The notes beneath the pieces are model-generated. The model was not told the origin of the DNA, did no database searches, and was given only the letters and a program-made list of their open reading frames with translations. DNA of 50,902 nucleotides, filler included, from Catajapyx aquilonaris (taxonomy: Eukaryota): the NCBI GenBank assembly GCA_000934665.2. It is 2 parts of 2 records of this genome, joined end to end, with 100 filler letters (N's around TTAATTAATTAA, not from the genome) between each part and the next. Parts side by side here need not be neighbours in the genome. Positions count along the whole stretch, not along the records: positions 25,501 to 50,902 come from JYFJ02005369.1; 1 more part is not named here. One strand, 5' to 3'. The position numbers were made by a program, and so were the translations under genes. Below, piece after piece: positions 49,382 to 50,902 of the stretch; positions within the stretch are counted from its first letter, which is position 1, and the number at the start of each line of letters is the position of its first letter.

Positions 49382-50784
49382 CTATTCACACGAGGACTTA
49401 ACCAATTCCATCTTATTCAACCAGGGAGTGTCCACAACTTCGACCTTGCACTGCTTGGAATTCTGGAATTGGAAAATGTGTTTATGAGACATAACTTCGG
49501 ACACCTGCAAAAAGATTATTCATACCGATTCATCAGGTGTGCAATTGTCCGAATCGGAGTTCTTGGGGCAATTGGTAGGAGCCACGATCAACGTCAGGAA
49601 GTACTTCCTACCAGCAACTGGCTGTGGACATAATTGTTAATTAATTAATTAGTAGGCTATTCCTCATGATGTATGGCTCGGAGATTAATTAAAAAAACAT
49701 GTCTGCAACTTCTAGACAAACGGATCGTGAATAAATCACCTGAGATTGCGCCTTGACGACACGAATCAGCTGAAGTCTGTTGGGTCCTTCAGAGGCCTCG
49801 TCCATCTTTGACACTGCGAACTGGGCTACCTCTTGAACCTTGCTGTCGTTTGGGTCGTGCTCAGAGGTGCCTCCTACAAGCCCTTCAGATTTGCACTCTC
49901 CGGAGGTCAACTCGGATGAGCCATCCACCTTCTGCCACACCACCACATCGCACAGAGCGTTCCTTCCGTCCTCCTTGACCTCAACAGTCAGCTTGTAGTT
50001 GAGGCCAGCAACAACCTGAAATTGAGTCGTTCAGTTTTGTCAAATCTGTGCAAAAAGTGTTTGTTTGGGCTACCTAACCCACTTTCAGACTACTGAGAGT
50101 GCTTAAACTTGGCACACTCATGGCTTATTAGGGTATTGACACTTTTCATTTCATAGCTCTTTACCTGTCTCTCAGCCCTGATGACTCTCAGATATTCCAC
50201 TGTCTTCTCTCCTTCGCTGAGTTTCGAGGTGGCAAACACGGCAACCTTCTGCACCTCTTCGTCCTCAGGGTCTACTGTTGTCCAGCCTCCTCGTGTTCCC
50301 AACTCGCGGCGCTCCTGAGAATTGCAGCGACCTGAGGTCAGCTCGTATGTGCCGTCCAGCTTCTTCCAAACGGTCACCTCGCACTGTGAGTTCTGTCCGT
50401 CCTCAGTGACTGCGATGGTCATGTGGTAGTTGGTGCCTGCAACGACCTGACAATGGCTCATGAGCATGCTTCTTAAATATAATTAACAAAATGACAAAAT
50501 CAACATACCTGCTTCTGCACCTTGATGACACGGTTGAATTCAACGGTCTTCTCTCCTTCGCTGAGTTTGGCGGTGGAGAACCTGGCTGCTGCAACAACAT
50601 CTTCTGCCTCTGGATCTGCATCGAAGTTGCCTCCTGGAACTTGCCTGCGGTTACGAGCATTGCATCTACCTGAGGTCAACTCGTATGTGCCGTCCAGCTT
50701 CTGCCACACTGTCACCTCGCACATGGAGCTCTGTCCGTTCTCAACTACATCGATGGTCATGTGGTAGTTGATGCCTGCAACGAC
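49382..50784 (-). CDS. Multi-domain cystatin (multicystatin), 3' part; continues beyond window
   Basis: Exons 50784-50509, 50446-50165, 50015-49740, 49621-49526 and 49462-49382, all phase 0. QVVAG motifs are reconstituted across splice junctions and each domain has an N-terminal GG. The last domain has QPVAG, four Cys and PW. At least four domains. Confidence 0.92.
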
Positions 50785-50806
50785 CTGTTGCCACAAATAT
50801 TAATAA

Positions 50807-50902
50807 CTAGCAGGTTACCCGGCGTTGCCCGGGTATGTTGGGATGCTGTTAAAGGTACGGGTATATTTTTGGAAGTTTGTTTGTTTGTAAAATTTGCGTT
50901 CC
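50807..50902 (-). mobile_element. Helitron 3' end in cystatin intron
   Basis: Reverse complement reads CCCGGGCAACGCCGGGTAACCTGCTAG|T, the same hairpin+CTAG end as 31596-31622. Confidence 0.8.

Noticed and set aside
49463..49504. In-frame alternative acceptor TTTTGCAG at 49504 in the cystatin gene
   Set aside because: Only 21 nt from the upstream donor. Usable only if the QPVAG exon is skipped, which would destroy the motif; no supporting evidence.

Overview
Eukaryotic (invertebrate, probably arthropod/ecdysozoan) genomic DNA made of two contigs joined by an artificial spacer (N-run with TTAATTAATTAA, 25401-25500). Left contig, minus strand: an intron-containing replacement histone H3.3 whose last exon lies outside the window, and the last three exons of unkempt (coiled coil + RING). 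The ~10 kb unkempt intron is packed with transposons, including a 4.7-kb palindromic Kolobok-like SWIM-transposase derivative carrying four nested MITEs, each confirmed by an empty site in the opposite arm. Right contig: a small 3xC2H2 zinc-finger gene, a decayed tandem copy plus an intact 10-exon MOXD1/DBH-like copper monooxygenase (one GC-AG intron), an internally deleted Helitron with both ends and PIF1 remnants, serine palmitoyltransferase subunit 1, a cuticlin/dusky-like ZP-domain membrane protein, and the 3' part of a multi-domain cystatin with dibasic linkers. Also present are many MITEs and tRNA-derived SINEs with target-site duplications. Gene models were spliced by hand, and family assignments come from recalled motifs, not database searches. 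I found no clearly novel system; the best candidates are the nested palindrome and the cleavable multicystatin.
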